Positions 30,385 through 45,583 of a stretch of DNA of 64,000 bases are shown here, one piece after another. How positions within the stretch are numbered: position 1 is the stretch's first letter; the number at the start of each line of letters is the position of its first letter. The position numbers and the translations under genes are program-made. The notes beneath the pieces are model-generated. The model searched no databases. It worked only from the letters and a program-made list of their open reading frames with translations, and was not told the DNA's origin. Origin of the DNA: Octopus vulgaris (Eukaryota); assembly GCA_951406725.2 (NCBI GenBank), contig OX597820.1, positions 113,336,001 to 113,400,000 on the forward strand, read 5' to 3'.

Positions 30385-30960
30385 ACATGCATATTGGCGT
30401 ATTATCATCCTGGAAGATTGTGCTAGGATGGACTTGATCAGTCAAAATACTCAGATAATTTTTGGCGTTACTTCTGCTATTTAGAACAACCAGAGAACAT
30501 AGAGTATTCCATAATATGGCTGCCTGAATCATAACAGAGCCATGATTCATCAGAGAAGATAACACTGTTCTGATAGTCTAGACACCAATTTTTTCTCTTA
30601 TCAATGCTGATGGGGGGAAAGAGAGGTTAAGTAATTACAGCCCTGTCGTGTTATCCAGATTTGTAGAGTTTCCGATGAACAGTTTTCGTTGACACAGGGA
30701 CGGCAAGGTGGTGGCTCAAATCTACTGTCATAGTTCGACGGCTTTTAGACGTTTTACAATTCTGCAATCCTTCTCTGTGAGCATGTCTTCCGACCAGAAT
30801 CAAAGTTTCCTGAGCTGGTTTTACTTGGCTTTGTAATACCAAACTGATTCTTGAGACTATAACTCTTGAAACATTAAACAATTCAGCAGCGTTTGTGGCC
30901 GAAGCTCCAACCAGCTGCTCTCCAACAATCTGGCCTTTTCGAAAATCAGATAGGCAACAC
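30385..30960 (-). pseudogene. Tc1 transposase relic
   Basis: Minus-strand VPVSTKTVHRKLYKSG, GSVMIQAAI, NAKNYLSIL and IFQDDNTPI (QDDN catalytic motif). Confidence 0.7.
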
Positions 30961-30974
30961 GTTTTAACTCATCT

Positions 30975-31830
30975 AAGGCGCAGGAGTGACTGTGTGATAA
31001 GAAGTTTGCTTCCCAACTACACTGTTCCGGTTTCAGTCCCTGTGCGTGGCACCATGGATAAGAGTCTTCTACCATAACCTTTCCCGCCAATCAAACTTTG
31101 AGGGTTGATTTCGTAGACGGAAACTGAAAGATACCTTTCAACTATACACACACACACACACATACACAAAACGAGGAGTGGTTGCGTGGTAAGAAGCTTG
31201 TTTTCCAACAACATGGTTCCGGTTCAGTCCTACTGCGTGCACCTTGAACTAATGTCTTCTACTATAGCTTCGACCGACCAAAGCCTTTTGAGTGGATTTG
31301 GCAAGTGGAAACTGAAAGAAGCCTATCGGATAAATATACGCGTGTGTGTGTGTGTGTTTGTGTGTGTGCGTGTGTGTGCGTGTGTTGTATTGTGTCTGTG
31401 TTTGCCTCCCACCACCGCTCGACAACCGTAGTTGGTGTGCTTACGTTCCCGTAACTTATGGTTCAGCCAAAGGACCGATAGAATAAGTACTAGGCTTGAA
31501 AATAAGTCCTGGAGTCGATTTGTTCGACTAAAACCATTTAAGGTGGTGCCCCAGCATGGCCGCAGTCTAATGACTGAAACAAGTAAAAGATAAAAGATAA
31601 AATGTAGATGTACGTGTATCTATGTGTCTGTGTTTGTTCCCCCCCACACCATCGCTTAACAACCGGTGCTGGTATGTTTACGTCCTCATAACTTAGCGGT
31701 TCGGCAAAGAGACTGTTAGAATAAGTACCAGGCTAAAAAGAAACTATTGGGGTCGATTCATTCTGCTAAAATTCCTCATAGCGGTGCCCCAGAATGGCCA
31801 CAGTCCAATGATTGAAAGAAGTAGAAAATA
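30975..31830 (+). mobile_element. Cluster of diverged SINE family A copies and fragments
   Basis: Heads at ~30976 and ~31173; tails at ~31545-31600 and ~31780-31825. Confidence 0.75.
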
Positions 31831-32113
31831 AAACATAATGTCCGTAAAAATGAAAAGCTGTGTTGTATCATGAAGTACAAAGCATACAAAATGCTTATGA
31901 ACATATATATATATAGGGAGAGTTTACGAAAAAAACAAAAGACGAAGACAGGTGGTGTACAAAACAAACAGATGTATTAGTATAACGCTCAGGAATAGAA
32001 AAAGTTTTTTATGTTTCGAGCCTACGCTCTTCTACAGAAAGGGACACAGAAAAAAACAAGGAGAGAAAAAAGAGCAGTTGTATACTGTGAACTGCTCTAT
32101 CGTACCACCACTG

Positions 32114-32171
<58 letters not shown>

Positions 32172-32225
32172 TTCTTTCTTTCCCTCTCTCTCTCTCTTTC
32201 TTTCCCTCTCTCTCTCCGTATATAC

Positions 32226-32302
<77 letters not shown>

Positions 32303-32662
32303 TGTATGTATGTATGTATGTATGTATGTATACATGCTAGAAAAATTATAAATTTTTCATATTGCCAATAGAAAAAACCAAAATAGTTAAATAAATAAAA
32401 CGGTGTTTCCATTGTTTTGTCCAATCCCTGTATCTGTGCGTATGTATATGTATACATTTACATATATACATATGTGTCGATGTGTGTGTGTGTGAGTGTA
32501 ATTTTTGTGTCTATTTGCTTGTCTGTGTATCTGCATAGACACACACACACACAATCAATCAATCAATTATAAACACAAATTATCTTTATTAACATAACAA
32601 CTATGTATATGAAGTTAAATGGTACAATACGTTACGACTCTATAGATAAATGTTGAACAAAA

Positions 32663-33063
32663 TAGGCGCAGGAGTAGCTTGCTTACCAACCACATGCTTC
32701 CGGGTTCAGTCCCACTGCGTGGCATCTTGGGTAAGTGTCTTCTGCTATAGCCTCGGGCTAACCAATGCTTTGTGAGTGGATTTGGTAGACGGAAACTAAA
32801 AGAAGCCCGTCGTATATATGTATGTATATATGTATGTGTATGTATATGTTTGTGTGTCTGTGTTTGTTCCCCTAGCATTGCTTGACAACCGATGCTGGTG
32901 TGTTTACGTCCCCGTTACTTAGCGGTTCAGCAAAAGAGACCGATAGAATAAGTACTGGGCTTACAAAGAATAAGTCCCGGGGTCGATTTGCTCGACTAAA
33001 GGCGGTGCTCCTGCATGGCCGCAGTCAAATGACTGAAACAAGTAAAAGAGTAAAAGAGTAAAA
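32663..33063 (+). mobile_element. SINE family A
   Basis: Near-consensus copy with a small deletion in the head and a (GAGTAAAA)n tail. Confidence 0.9.
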
Positions 33064-33435
33064 TGAGATTACGTAATATTTCCTGTGTTTTCTTTGTCAG
33101 GGGCGGGGCACTCGCTGAATATTTCAATGAGTTTGTTGTTCGTTGGTTTTGTTCTCTGTCATCTTTTACTCGTTCCACTCATTGGACTACATCATCCAGG
33201 AGCATCGCTTTGAAGGGTTTAAGCAAACAAACGTACACCACAACTCACTTTTAAGTCTGGTGGTATTTATTTCCGGAATCTTTCGCCGACTCACAAAGTT
33301 AGGGGTGTAAACAAACCAACATCGGTTGTCAGGCGTTGGTGGGAGACAAAGACAAAGACACACATAAATAGATACATACATACCTGTATGTATGTGTGTG
33401 TAAACATGGATGTATATATAGATAGATACATACAT

Positions 33436-33925
33436 ACTAGTGGCGAGACCAGCTGTTCGGGCTTAGCCCGAGTATAAATTTAGTAAATTGAATGTGTAAT
33501 TTCTACGAACACTGACTTCAAGTCTGTGATTGCAGCCAATAAATCGGGCTCCTTTTATTGAGCCTGGACGCAATTCATTCATTTTTGTTAAGGCGACAGT
33601 CAGATCGCTGATGTTGTTCAGTCCGCTGTGGTTATTTGATTGCTCTTATTCTATGTGCGTGTGTAAAGATCAGTTGTGTTTTTGCAGGGTTACTTTATTT
33701 TTACCCATAACTTAGAAATGGAAAAAGATATAGTGCTAGATATAAAAAAAAAAATAAGCTAGAAATTTGGGGCTAGAAATAAAGTAGAAAAACGTGAAAT
33801 TCTTCGAGGAGGCATGTGTCCTATGCGAAACCTGAGATGAGCCCGAGTGACGCTGCTGACCTGGAGTTGCCTCTGACACATACATAAAAACATAGAAACA
33901 TACATACATCTTTTTATGCATATGT
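33436..33925 (+). mobile_element. Possible non-autonomous Helitron-like element
   Basis: Starts ACTAG, has a 5' hairpin (TCGGGCTTAGCCCGA) and a CATA microsatellite near the end. Pattern resemblance only. Confidence 0.3.
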
Positions 33926-33944
33926 ATATATATATATATATGTA

Positions 33945-34245
33945 TATCACCGTGATCACCGTGACCGACCAGGCTATCAGATGTTGCTACACATCGCTGG
34001 TCACAATGCGCTTCGCATTGTTTTAGCCTTCAAATGACGCCACCCCGCTGGCTAAGCGAGCAAGCCCACAGAAGAATGAGTGAGAGAAAGTTGTGGCGAA
34101 AGAGTACAGCAGGGATCGCCACCAACCCCTGCCGGAGCCTCATGGAGCTTCAGGTGTTTTCGCTCAATAAACACTCACAACGCCCCGGTCTGGGAATGGA
34201 AACCGCGAGTCCGCTACCCTAAGAACTGGGTCATTGCGCCCCCCC
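33945..34245 (-). mobile_element. SINE family C with RTE-derived tail
   Basis: tRNA head and body as in 60330-60519; tail TGTGACCAGCGATGTG...TGGTCGGTCACGGTGATCACGGTGAT. Confidence 0.75.
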
Positions 34246-36514
34246 CCACACACATATATATATATATATATATATGCGCGCGCGCGACAGTTTTCTCTTA
34301 GTTTCCATCTCCCAAGTCTACTCACAAGACTTTCGTCAGTCCAGGACTATAATAGAAGTCATTTACTCAAGGTAATGTGCTGGTCAACGTGGTTGAGAAG
34401 CAAACATGAATGATATAAAAAGAGAGGCAGAAACAGACTTTTGGCGGTGCATGACCTTCGCCGGAGTGTACACAGAATGGTGTATTGAAGTAAATGGTCA
34501 TCAGAAGCGTATCAAAAGTGAATAAACTGAACACGCTGTTTAGTAAAGATAAGACATGGATGAGGAAGATAATGCTGTGAATGATAGATGTAGGAATTAG
34601 GTGTGGGGTTTAAGGATGAAGGTCCAGCACGTTGCTTCAGTCTTTTCTCTCAAAAGATCTGCGTAAAAAGAGATCAGGTATTCCTGTTACCCGTACACTT
34701 ATTTCTCTGACCAAGCTGTAAGTACTACATATTGGAAGGGTTTACTGTAACCAAACACTTAACTGTCTAAAACCCAGTCGACCTAGCTGTAAATAGACGC
34801 CGGTGTAATATTGTCCATTGTACAGTAGCTATAGCCAAAACAGCTGCCAATAACTATGCTTACGTAACAATGAGTAGTTCCTTTTCAGTAGTATAGTTGT
34901 CTCTATTGTATTCATGGTCAAGGCATTTAGCACTCAACAGTCCAGCATTGAGGAATTAACAACTGCCGAGACTTTGATACGTATTCCGTTAGATGTTGTG
35001 GGTACAATATGTTGTGGGTGTAGAGTGGTTCAGAATTTCGCTTCGCAATGACGAGGCCCTACGTTCGATCCCAGCACATAGCATCTTGGGCAAATATCAT
35101 TTTCTATAGCCCTGAGTGAAATTGGATAGATGGAAACTGTATAGAAGCGAGTCGGGAGGATTGTACCTGTAAATTAAATGTATAATTATGTCGTACACCG
35201 TGTTGCTCAAATTCGGACTGAGTATTACATTAAGGGAACCCGTATCTTTGGAATGCTCAGATTTAAATTTAGGTGCAAGTAATTCAGGTGATCGAACAGC
35301 GAATAACAAAGATCCACCAGAATGTTAGACGTTATTAGACGTTATAAGTAGAAATTTTGTAAGAGAAAAGTCAAGCGTGTACTTGAGAAGGTGAATGAGT
35401 ACAGTCAAAATAATAAAAAAGAAGAATCTATCAACGGTCTTTCTCGAGTCAGTGTCTCCTAAACCCTGTTAGCCGGGTTCTGCCGAGTATGTATTCCCCA
35501 CTCACTGGACGGGATGCCGGTCCATCGCAGGATTAGTCACTTTTGCAGCAACGTGAAATAAACTGTTTTGCTCAAGAACATAATGCATCGTTCGGTCCAA
35601 GAAACGAAACTACAATCTTACGATCACGAGTGCAACCATTAAGTCACGTGCCTTCAGTCAAAATATAAGAAACAAACTGCAATTCTTAGTTCAGAAGAGG
35701 AAGAAAGATAGGCCTGCTGCAACGTAAACGATAATGCAGCTGCTCAACAAGCGATAGATGAGTGGTTCGAGTCATGTTAGCCGTCCTGTTCCTTTTACTT
35801 CAAACTGGGGTTTCTAATATCTGCCATCTTACTAATAACGAGCAACAGCCTCTTATTGTTTAACACCCACCTCGGCTGGCTGTGGTTAAACAGACCTATG
35901 ATCTAAGGCTTTCAAATCATGGTTCTCGCATTTATTTTTTGAAACAGCTTATCTAATACTAAGAAATGTACTCTTCTATTTTTAAGGCAACAAGCATTTG
36001 ATAGAAGAGAGATTTGACTACTTACTAACAGGTCGAAATACCACGTTGAGACACTTCTGTTTCCTTGTCAAGCTGCAAATTGTTGCTTTATTTTAACCAT
36101 AGGTCTGCCTTGATAGAGATGAACTGTGATCAACGACGTTCCAGCCATGACTATGCCATCATATTTTCAGACGCACTATGTCATCGAGGATTATATTATC
36201 AAGTATGTCATTCCTTGTTTAATATGGCAAAATAACAATTGCGGATATAAAGCTGCTATTTCTAGGAAGCCGATCGACCACTTTGCCACATCTTGATATA
36301 ATCTTTCTGCATTGTGTCTGCAGGGCACGACTATGGTAGAACAGTAGACAGAGGTTTGCTTTGCAATCACAGGGCTCCACGTTCGAAGAATTTGTGCGGA
36401 ATAGACAAATGTCTTTAAATACAGAAATCTTCTTACCTTATGCGTAATCTGTATATAAATGAATAATACATACATACATACATACATACATACATACATA
36501 CATACATACATACA

Positions 36515-36548
<34 letters not shown>

Positions 36549-38827
36549 CATATATACATGATTATTGCTTTATCTTGAAAGATGATAGCCGTCGTTATTA
36601 AGCTAAATTCTCAACTTCGTTTGTGTTACACTAAGACAGATCTTAAGACTAACAGTTGGCTCACAAAGCCTCAAACATATGCGGCAGATACATTTTTAAA
36701 ACCTATTCGACTGATTAAGTCTGGCACACCATCACACCTCCATCGCTACAGGACAGTAAGAGTATTTCTTTATTCACCATAAGTTTGAGAAAAAGAGGGG
36801 ACGATAAGACGACACAACAAACGTTGGGGTCAGGGTATCGAATGAGACGAAACGTATGAATAAACAAACAATTAAAATATATACAATTAAATGAGAATGA
36901 GTGATTAACAAAAAATGAAGTGGAGGACACGGTTGACCCCACAAACCACATCCTCACACTGAAGACTTTGTTTTCTCCTTTTTTATATTCTCGTTTAAAC
37001 AGGTTCTTTCGCTCGCAACATACTTGCTATAGACTTCCATCTTTTACGAAACACACTTTGCGACAGGCATTTCTTCTCCAGCCTTATTTTCCGTTTCATG
37101 TGGAAAACGAAAAAGTCGATTAGCTCGAGACTGGAGATGAACATGCCTGTTGCAATTCCTTTCACTCTCGTCTTCCATACTACCTCTTTTGCCACAGCAA
37201 TAGTAAGAAAGAGACAAGATGAACCAGATGAAACATCTGTATGTCATTGCATTAAACTGACGTGTGCTTGTACAACGTGTATCCCACTCTCTAAGCATCA
37301 ACCAACAGGAGGTTTGATTTCAGAGTGCCATCCCTTAAACTTTTCCTTTCAATGGATATCTTCATACATACATACTTACATACATGTATGCATGCATGTA
37401 TGCTTGCATCTCCATCCATCCATACATCCATCCATACATACATACATACATACATACATACATACATACATACATACATACATACATACGATTTCTGATA
37501 TACGTACATGACTAGCAAGTTTGAGAAATGGAAGTGTTAATGAAATACAAAGTTGATCTCGGCGAAACTTGAAACCAGAACGTAAAGAGCGCGAAGAAAT
37601 ACCGTATGATAGTATCGCTGATGTTCCAATGATTCTACAAGCTTGCCACCTTATATATGAAAACAAAGATGCTAGAGTCACTTCGACTTCCCAAAGTACT
37701 ACACAACCATTATCAAGGCCATAGACAATCTAACTCCGCCTTGGACCACCATTCAGCAGGAAGTGGTTAAGTGGTTCGGTTCGTAGTGATAGGATACAGT
37801 ATCTCAGCACTCCGTCGGTTACGACGATGAATGTTCCAGCTGATATGATGAATAGAACAGCCTGCTTGTGAAATTAACATGCAAGTGGCTGAGTACTCCA
37901 CAGACGCGCGCACTCTTAAAGTAGTTCTCAGTAAGATTCCGCATGATACAGAATGTGACAAGGCTGGCCCTTTGATAGACTAGTATAAGTATTTTTTGCC
38001 AGCTGAGTGAATTGCAGCAATGGGAAATTAAGTGTCTTGTTTACGGACATTGAATGTTGTTCAAGGATACCGAACTCACAACCTTACGATCATGAGCCGC
38101 ATGCCCTAACAACTAAGCTACGCACCTTCACTCAGTATCACAGAGATATATTTCAAAGAAACACTCGTTCTGTGATTCTGTTCATACGCTCTCCTTATTG
38201 TTGTTCTTGTTAGAGTTGCTGTGGCTATTTTCGTAGTTATTCGTATTTTTATCTCCTCAGTGTTTCACACCTCCACCTCTTTCCCTTCTATCATTTCAGT
38301 TCTGTCGTCCTTTCGAATTTCGAAACTTTTCTCCCATTAAAACCTAATCAAAAGAAAATTTTCTCACTCCGCTTCGTTGCGAAACGAGTTCTTCGAAGAA
38401 ATCAAAGACAAAAAACACACAAATGGGATTTCCATGATTTTCTGTTGTTGTTCTTCTTCTTCTTTGGAAGACATTATTCCTCGAAGAGTTTTCTACAATA
38501 TGTTTTTAGTAGTTTGGTTTTACTGTAGATTCTGTTGATGCAGTCGTTGATGTTGATGTTGATGTTCTTGTGCTGGTCTTATTGCATTTGACGCTGTTAT
38601 TTTTCTGTTACAGTTAAAGATGATATTTTTGTTGCTCTCCTTGTTGTTGTTGCTGCTGCCCTGATATTTTTCTGTTGCTGTTATTTAGCTTGTAGTTTCA
38701 GTTGTTGTTGTTGTTAAGTTGTCATTGATCTTACTAACAGCGATGTTTTCTTTCTTGCTTCTTTTTCCAGAGGAGCCAAAAAATGTGAGACAGTTGGTGC
38801 CACTCACATTTGGAGAACTGCGATCAT

Positions 38828-39139
<312 letters not shown>

Positions 39140-39911
39140 GCATCTTTTGTATTCCTCCGTGCGGAACTGGTCTCGAATTAAATGTATGTTTAATAAACTA
39201 AACAGATGAGTTTAATCTGCAACTGAATTTCTAAGTATTTCTTATAGCAGACACACAGATTAACTAATAACCTCCCCATGTTCTAACCTCACCACCAAAA
39301 TCCACAAATCTAGAATTTGGGGTTATCTTGTGAAATGAAATTTTGTAGAACGACGATGGAGTTTCGAATAAGGCTAAATTCTTCATTTATACATACGTTA
39401 ACTTTATCTTTCACCATATACTTGTTTCAGTCAAAGGATAGTGGCCATACTGGAGCATCGCCTTTGCAGGTTTTAACCAAACGAATCGATTCCAGGACAT
39501 ATTCTTGGAAGCCTGGTACTAAGTCTCTGGGTCGTTCAATTTTTCTCAACAGACAAATGGGACGATTGAGTAAATCTATCAATAATGAACCTATAATGAC
39601 TACTGGAAACAGCTGTAAGTCAAATTTACTACAATAATGAAAAGTATGTAATGACTATTATTGTCTTGTATAACACTTTATGTAAAAGCCAGTATAACTG
39701 GAGCACAACCACGGATTTACAATATGGAATGGTGATGAGCTGTAATCACTGACCGTGCTACAAGAATATGTGGAGTTCTTTACTAATCTAAACAATACAT
39801 GTTAGCCTTGTGTACTAACAGAGAGCTTATGAAGTATTTCGCCCAGTTTGAGAATCTCTTACTGATAATGCTGATATATATACATACATACATACATACA
39901 TACATGCATAC

Positions 39912-39972
<61 letters not shown>

Positions 39973-40004
39973 TATATACATATTATATATATATATATAT
40001 ATAC

Positions 40005-40090
<86 letters not shown>

Positions 40091-40157
40091 TACATATATA
40101 TATACACATATATATATATATACATATATATATACATATTATATATATATATATATA

Positions 40158-40830
40158 TATCACTTTGATCACCTTGACCGACCAGTCCGTCAGGCGTCCA
40201 TTTGACACCGCTGGTCACAGCACGCTGTCCACTCCTCTCTGGATCGTGCCTTTCTCATCCACGTGATCCCAATCGTCCTCCTGAAATCGTAACTCCACCG
40301 TCGTGAAGGTCTTCTGGGTGGTCGTTTCCGCTCGCGCGAGTACCACTCGACAACTGCGCGGGTCCACCGATTATCGGTAAGCCGAGCGACGTGTCCAGCC
40401 CATCTAAACTTGCTGCGTGTATACTCTGCGATGACATCCCTCACGCCGGACTTCTTTCTGATGATCTCGCTACTGATGTGCTCTCTCAACGAGATACCAA
40501 GCATTGACCTTTCCATGGCTCTTTGAGCCGTTACCAGTCTCTGCTCTTCTCTCTTGTGGTAGCCCATGTTTCACTACCATGTATCATTGCAGGTAGAACT
40601 GTACTGTTGATGAGGTTGGCGCGGGTGGTCCTTTCCAACCTTCCCTTGAACACATCCCTTATGCCATTAAACGCCTTCCATCCGGCCCTTACTCTCCGTG
40701 AGATCTCCTTTTCGATATCTCGGCACATATTCACTTCCTGTCCCAGGTAGACATATTCCTTTACTTCTTCTATTTCATCACTGCCGATCACCATTCGACC
40801 TGTTGGTATGTTGTCTGACCGCATGAACTC
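40158..40830 (-). mobile_element. 5'-truncated RTE-clade LINE (RT C-terminus plus 3' tail)
   Basis: EEVKEYVYLGQ, ISRRVRAGWKAF, VLPAMIHGSETW, KFRWAGHVARLTDNRW, RPPRRPSRRW; tail GGTCAAGGTGATCAAAGTGAT; lies in (TA)n. Confidence 0.9.
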
Positions 40831-40841
40831 CTGAACTCCTG

Positions 40842-40909
<68 letters not shown>

Positions 40910-41093
40910 GACGTGCTTCTTTCAGTTTTCGTCTACCAAATCCACTCACAAGGCTTTGGTCAACCCGAGGCTATAGTTGAAGACACTCGCCCACGTTGTC
41001 ACACAGAGGGACTGAACCCGGAATTATGTGTTTGAGAAGCAAACTTCTTACAACACAGCCACGCCTGCACCTCTACATACATACATACATACA

Positions 41094-41179
<86 letters not shown>

Positions 41180-41181
<2 letters not shown>

Positions 41182-41683
41182 AATAATTGAGTGAATTATC
41201 TTATTAAGGATAATTCGAAAGATAACCGATACCTGGGTAGCAAATTCACATCAGAAAGAACACGGTTGAAGCTACGTCACTAGGGCATAGACTACGTGTC
41301 TTCGTGCGGAAATTTGTATGTTTATTTTAAAATTATAAGTATATGAAAGAATGGAGTTGAACGACTAGTTAACAAATATCCTTTATTCTCGACATATGTT
41401 TCGAAGGCTGCATATTCCTAATTCCGAAGGAATAAGGAGTACATTATGCAGATTTCTCATCAGGAAAATCAAGGAACTTATGTCGACATCAAAATGCACC
41501 GGTCAGCTAAAAGATTTTGTGCATTTTGATGTCGACATAAGTTCCTTGATTTTCCTGATGAGAAATCTGCATAATGTACTCCTTATTCCTTCGGAATTAG
41601 GAATATGCAGCCTTCGAAACATATGTCGAGAACAAAGGATATTTGTTAACTAGTCGTTCAACTCCATTCTTTCATATACTTAT
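41180..41683. mobile_element. Penelope-like pLTR foldback with hammerheads on both strands
   Basis: Arms ~41335-41499/41519-41683; CTGATGA...CGAAAC-ATAT-GTC at 41550-41632; (TA)n flanks. Confidence 0.72.
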
Positions 41684-41916
41684 ATATATATATATATAGT
41701 TCAAATTTATAGGAAACAAAATACAGGTGAAGGAACAGCGAATGGGTGTATTAGGTTAACGCTTGGGAAGAATAGAAAAGTCTTTGAATTTCGAGTCTAC
41801 ACCCTTCGACAGAAAGGATTTAGAGGGACAAAAACGGAGAGACAAAAAAAAGAGTTTAGTGATTAACAGTTTAACATTATGAAATGGCCGGAAGAAAGAG
41901 GCTGAACGAAAGGAAG

Positions 41917-41971
<55 letters not shown>

Positions 41972-42494
41972 TAATAATAACGATGTATCGGAGGAATGGT
42001 GTCCCTTGTGTGTATGTGAGAATGGTGGGTGTGAGTGTGTATGTATGTTTGTAAATGTGTGTGTGTGTATGTGTGTGTGTGTGTGTGTGTATTTTATTTA
42101 CTATCAAACTGAAGTGAGACTGCTTGATCCGGGTCCTAGTAGTGCTGGCAAATAAGCTATATCTATTTGTATAGCTCAGTTTTCATTGCCATTGCTGTTG
42201 ACGCATTTTTTTTTCCTTATTCTGATCGATCCTGTCATTACTATTAGACATGCTGCACTTGTTTCCTGTTTCCTTGTTGTTGGTCTTCACAATGTTAACA
42301 TTTTGTTTTTTCGATTCGCCATTGCCATGCTTTCCATTTTGCTTTTGTTGGCGTTGTTTCTACTGTCCTTGATGTTTTTTGTCGATATTGTTGTTGTTGA
42401 TGTTGCTGCTGCTGCTGCTGCTGTTGTGTCTTTTGTTGTTTTTATTGGCGATATGTTCCCTCTCATTGCTGAGCTTCACCATATCATAACAGCG

Positions 42495-42700
42495 GTGTGT
42501 TGTCAAGAGTTAACAACTGCATAATAGGGAAAAATGGAGACCACCTCCCCCTGTGGGATGAAGTTAAAATAATAGACAGAGAAAAACCACTGGAAAATAC
42601 GAAAACTAAAAGAAGCAGCACATATGATAGGACACAACAACCTCCTAAGCAGACCGAGTGCAGATATGAGCAGCATTAAGGAAGGATAGAAAAATATTAG
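42495..42700 (+). pseudogene. Penelope-like GIY-YIG endonuclease C-terminal fragment
   Basis: GDHLPLWDEVKIIDRE..WKIRKLKEAAHM resembles PLE endonuclease C-termini. Confidence 0.55.
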
Positions 42701-42731
42701 ATTTATAAGCCCTAAAGTTCACTCCATAATT

Positions 42732-42816
42732 GCCTACGGGCGTAGTGGTTAAGAGCGCGGGCTACCAACCCCAAGATTCCGAGTTCGATTCCAAGAGGTG
42801 ACCTGAATAATAATAA

Positions 42817-42820
<4 letters not shown>
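42732..42820 (+). mobile_element. Short tRNA-like SINE head
   Basis: GGCGTAGTGGTTAAGAGCG (A box) and GAGTTCGATTCC (B box), followed by (AAT)n; no acceptor stem. Confidence 0.55.
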
Positions 42821-42847
<27 letters not shown>

Positions 42848-43239
42848 AAATTTCCCCCAAGACAGCCGAAGCGTTGTGTTAACAACAAACAAGAGGTCAA
42901 ATATGCGTTTATGTAAATAATGTACATAATTCCTCATCTCTTAAATTTAGAACTGTATTAACAATCACAAAAATAAGAAAAATAAGAATAGCAGCAACAA
43001 AATTTGTGGGAAGGAATTAAGTCGATTACATACACACACATACACACATATATATATAGAGAGGTAGGCGTCGCTGTGTTTACTTCCCAACCGCGTAGTT
43101 CTGAGTTCAGTCCCGCTACTTGACTTTTGGGCTGTGTTTTCTACAATAGCATCGAGCCGATCAAAGAATTGTCAGTGGGTTTGATAGACGAAAACTTAAA
43201 GAAGCCCGCCGTATATATATATGTGTGTGTGTATATATA

Positions 43240-43453
43240 TACGTTAGCACGTCGGGCGAAATGCTTAGCGGTATTTCGCCTCTCTATATGTTCTGAGTTC
43301 AAATTCCGCCGAGGTCGACTTTGCCTTTCATCCTTTCGGGGTCGATAAATTAAGTACCAGTTACGCACTGGGGTCGATGTATCCGACTTAAGCCCTTTGT
43401 CTGTCCTTGTTTGTCCCTCTGTGTTTAGCTCCCTGTGGGCAATAAAGAAATAA
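43240..43453 (+). mobile_element. SINE family B
   Basis: Consensus body. Confidence 0.8.
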
Positions 43454-44117
43454 GTATATATGTGTATGCGTATGTGTGTGAGTGTGATATGCGTGTGTGT
43501 GTGTGTGTGTGCTTCTATATATGCGTGCGTGTGTGTCTGTGTCTATGTCCTCTACCGCTTGACAACTGCGGTTCGGCCAAAAGGACCAACAGAATACGTT
43601 GCAGGTTTTGAAAATATAAGTACCGGAGTCAATTTGTTGGGCTAAAATTAGTGACGGCAGTGCCCTAGTATGGCCGTACATATAACAGCTGGTTTTGTTT
43701 TGGAGAGCAGAAGAAGAGTCTCTTGAATTTCAAATGTATGGTGATAAAACTGTTTGTGTCATACATATTGTATTTGTTGCCGATGTTGTTGATGAATATT
43801 TTATTTGTTTTTTTTTCTTGTTTTTTTTTTTTTGCTGCAATTGAATTTGTTATAATTATTATAGTATTTCCTGTTGTGACTACTTCAGTGGTTATTGCTC
43901 TTTATAAATTATATCATTTTTGATATTTGATAGCGATCGTGTGTGTGTGCATGTGTGCGTGCGTGCGTGTGTGTGTATGTATTTATATGTATGTGTGGTG
44001 TGTGTGTGTGTGTGTATGTGTGTGTGTGCGTGCGTGTGTGTGTATGTATTTATGTGCATTATCCTTATCATCATCCAGGGGAGTGGATTTGTAGAATCGT
44101 TAGAACATTCAACAATA

Positions 44118-44247
44118 CAGGGTGTCCACAAAGTCTGGGTACATGGAGTAAATAAAATCATAACATCAAGAATTAAATATAAGAAATAATAATAATTTCT
44201 TAAAGTATGTGTTAATCCCCATGTACCCAGACTTTGTGGACACCCTG
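44118..44247. mobile_element. 130-bp Tc1/mariner-type MITE
   Basis: Perfect 29-bp TIR CAGGGTGTCCACAAAGTCTGGGTACATGG with TA duplication. Confidence 0.9.
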
Positions 44248-45368
44248 TACATCTTGCGGTATTTCGTTACTCTTCATCCTTAGAGCGTCGATAAAATAAA
44301 GCACCAGTGAAGTACTTTGGTCGAAATAATTGACTGCTCCATTCCCCGATTTTGAGAGTTGAGTGTCTATGTAAGAGAATTATCATCAATAGTGAATCAT
44401 CAACAGCGTACTTCAATTTTAAGAAAGCATATACCTGCACGAGCAATTTGCTGCTTTTTGAATATTTATTTTCAGAACGAATCGCAATTCACAACCATTT
44501 GCAACACTAACAAAGATCAAACAATACACTTGTACGGAATACACAACTAATTTCCAAGCGAAATATAGATCGCGAAATATAGCATGAAAAGAAGAGGATA
44601 CTAACGCAAATTTCGTATTTGAGTTCTGAATTCTGATCCCTCCGAGGTCCACTTTGCATTTCATCCTTTCGAGGTCGATAAAATTAAGCACCAGTTGAGC
44701 TCTGGAGGTTGATGCAATCGACACCCATTTCCGCTGAACTTTCTGGCCTTGCGTCATAATTTGAAACTATTATTATTATGATTATTATTGTTGTTGTTGT
44801 TGTTGTTGTTATTGAGTGAGGGAGCAGCGCATGCCATCAAAGTGACATTGGGGTAAAATATACGAAGCCCAGTATACCCGTCTAATAAGGGTACACAGAC
44901 ATATGCATCACAACCATATGTGCGCGACATGGTGATCTTATATCAAGATAAAAAGCGCATGGCCTTACAGGTGGAACCTAGTTAGAATGTTCTTCATGTC
45001 AAGTAGCCCATCCCGCTCAACAGGTCCCTGAATAAGGTTTGTTTAAGGATGACGAACGAAATAGACATGTTTCCAGAGGTGAACTATTCAAACCCCAAAG
45101 ACTTCCTCTCATCACATGGCAATGATGCTCCCCCCCCCACTACTTCTGTTTGTTATCAGAGATGCACATATCGTCAGCCACTAAGGGACATGCTCAACTG
45201 GTTAAGGTCAAACAACTGACAAGCAAATCTGTGGTATTAAGCAGAATATTGACTGCAGCCCATCTGTTATGCCATGACAAAACAATGTACGTGGTAACAC
45301 TTCCAACCAGTTAAGATCAGAAGCCATGAGATCCACTACCTCGTATTGCATCAGGGCAATTATTATTA

Positions 45369-45419
<51 letters not shown>

Positions 45420-45420
<1 letters not shown>

Positions 45421-45541
45421 CGGCCGAGGTCGACTTTGCTTTTCATCCTATCGGGGTCGATAAATTAAGTATCAGTCAAGTGTTGGGGTTGACTTACCCC
45501 AAAAATTTCGAGCCTTTTACCTACAGTAGAAAGGATTATTA

Positions 45542-45583
<42 letters not shown>

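Noticed and set aside
42732-42805. tRNA gene
   Set aside because: A/B boxes are present but there is no acceptor stem or cloverleaf; treated as a SINE head.
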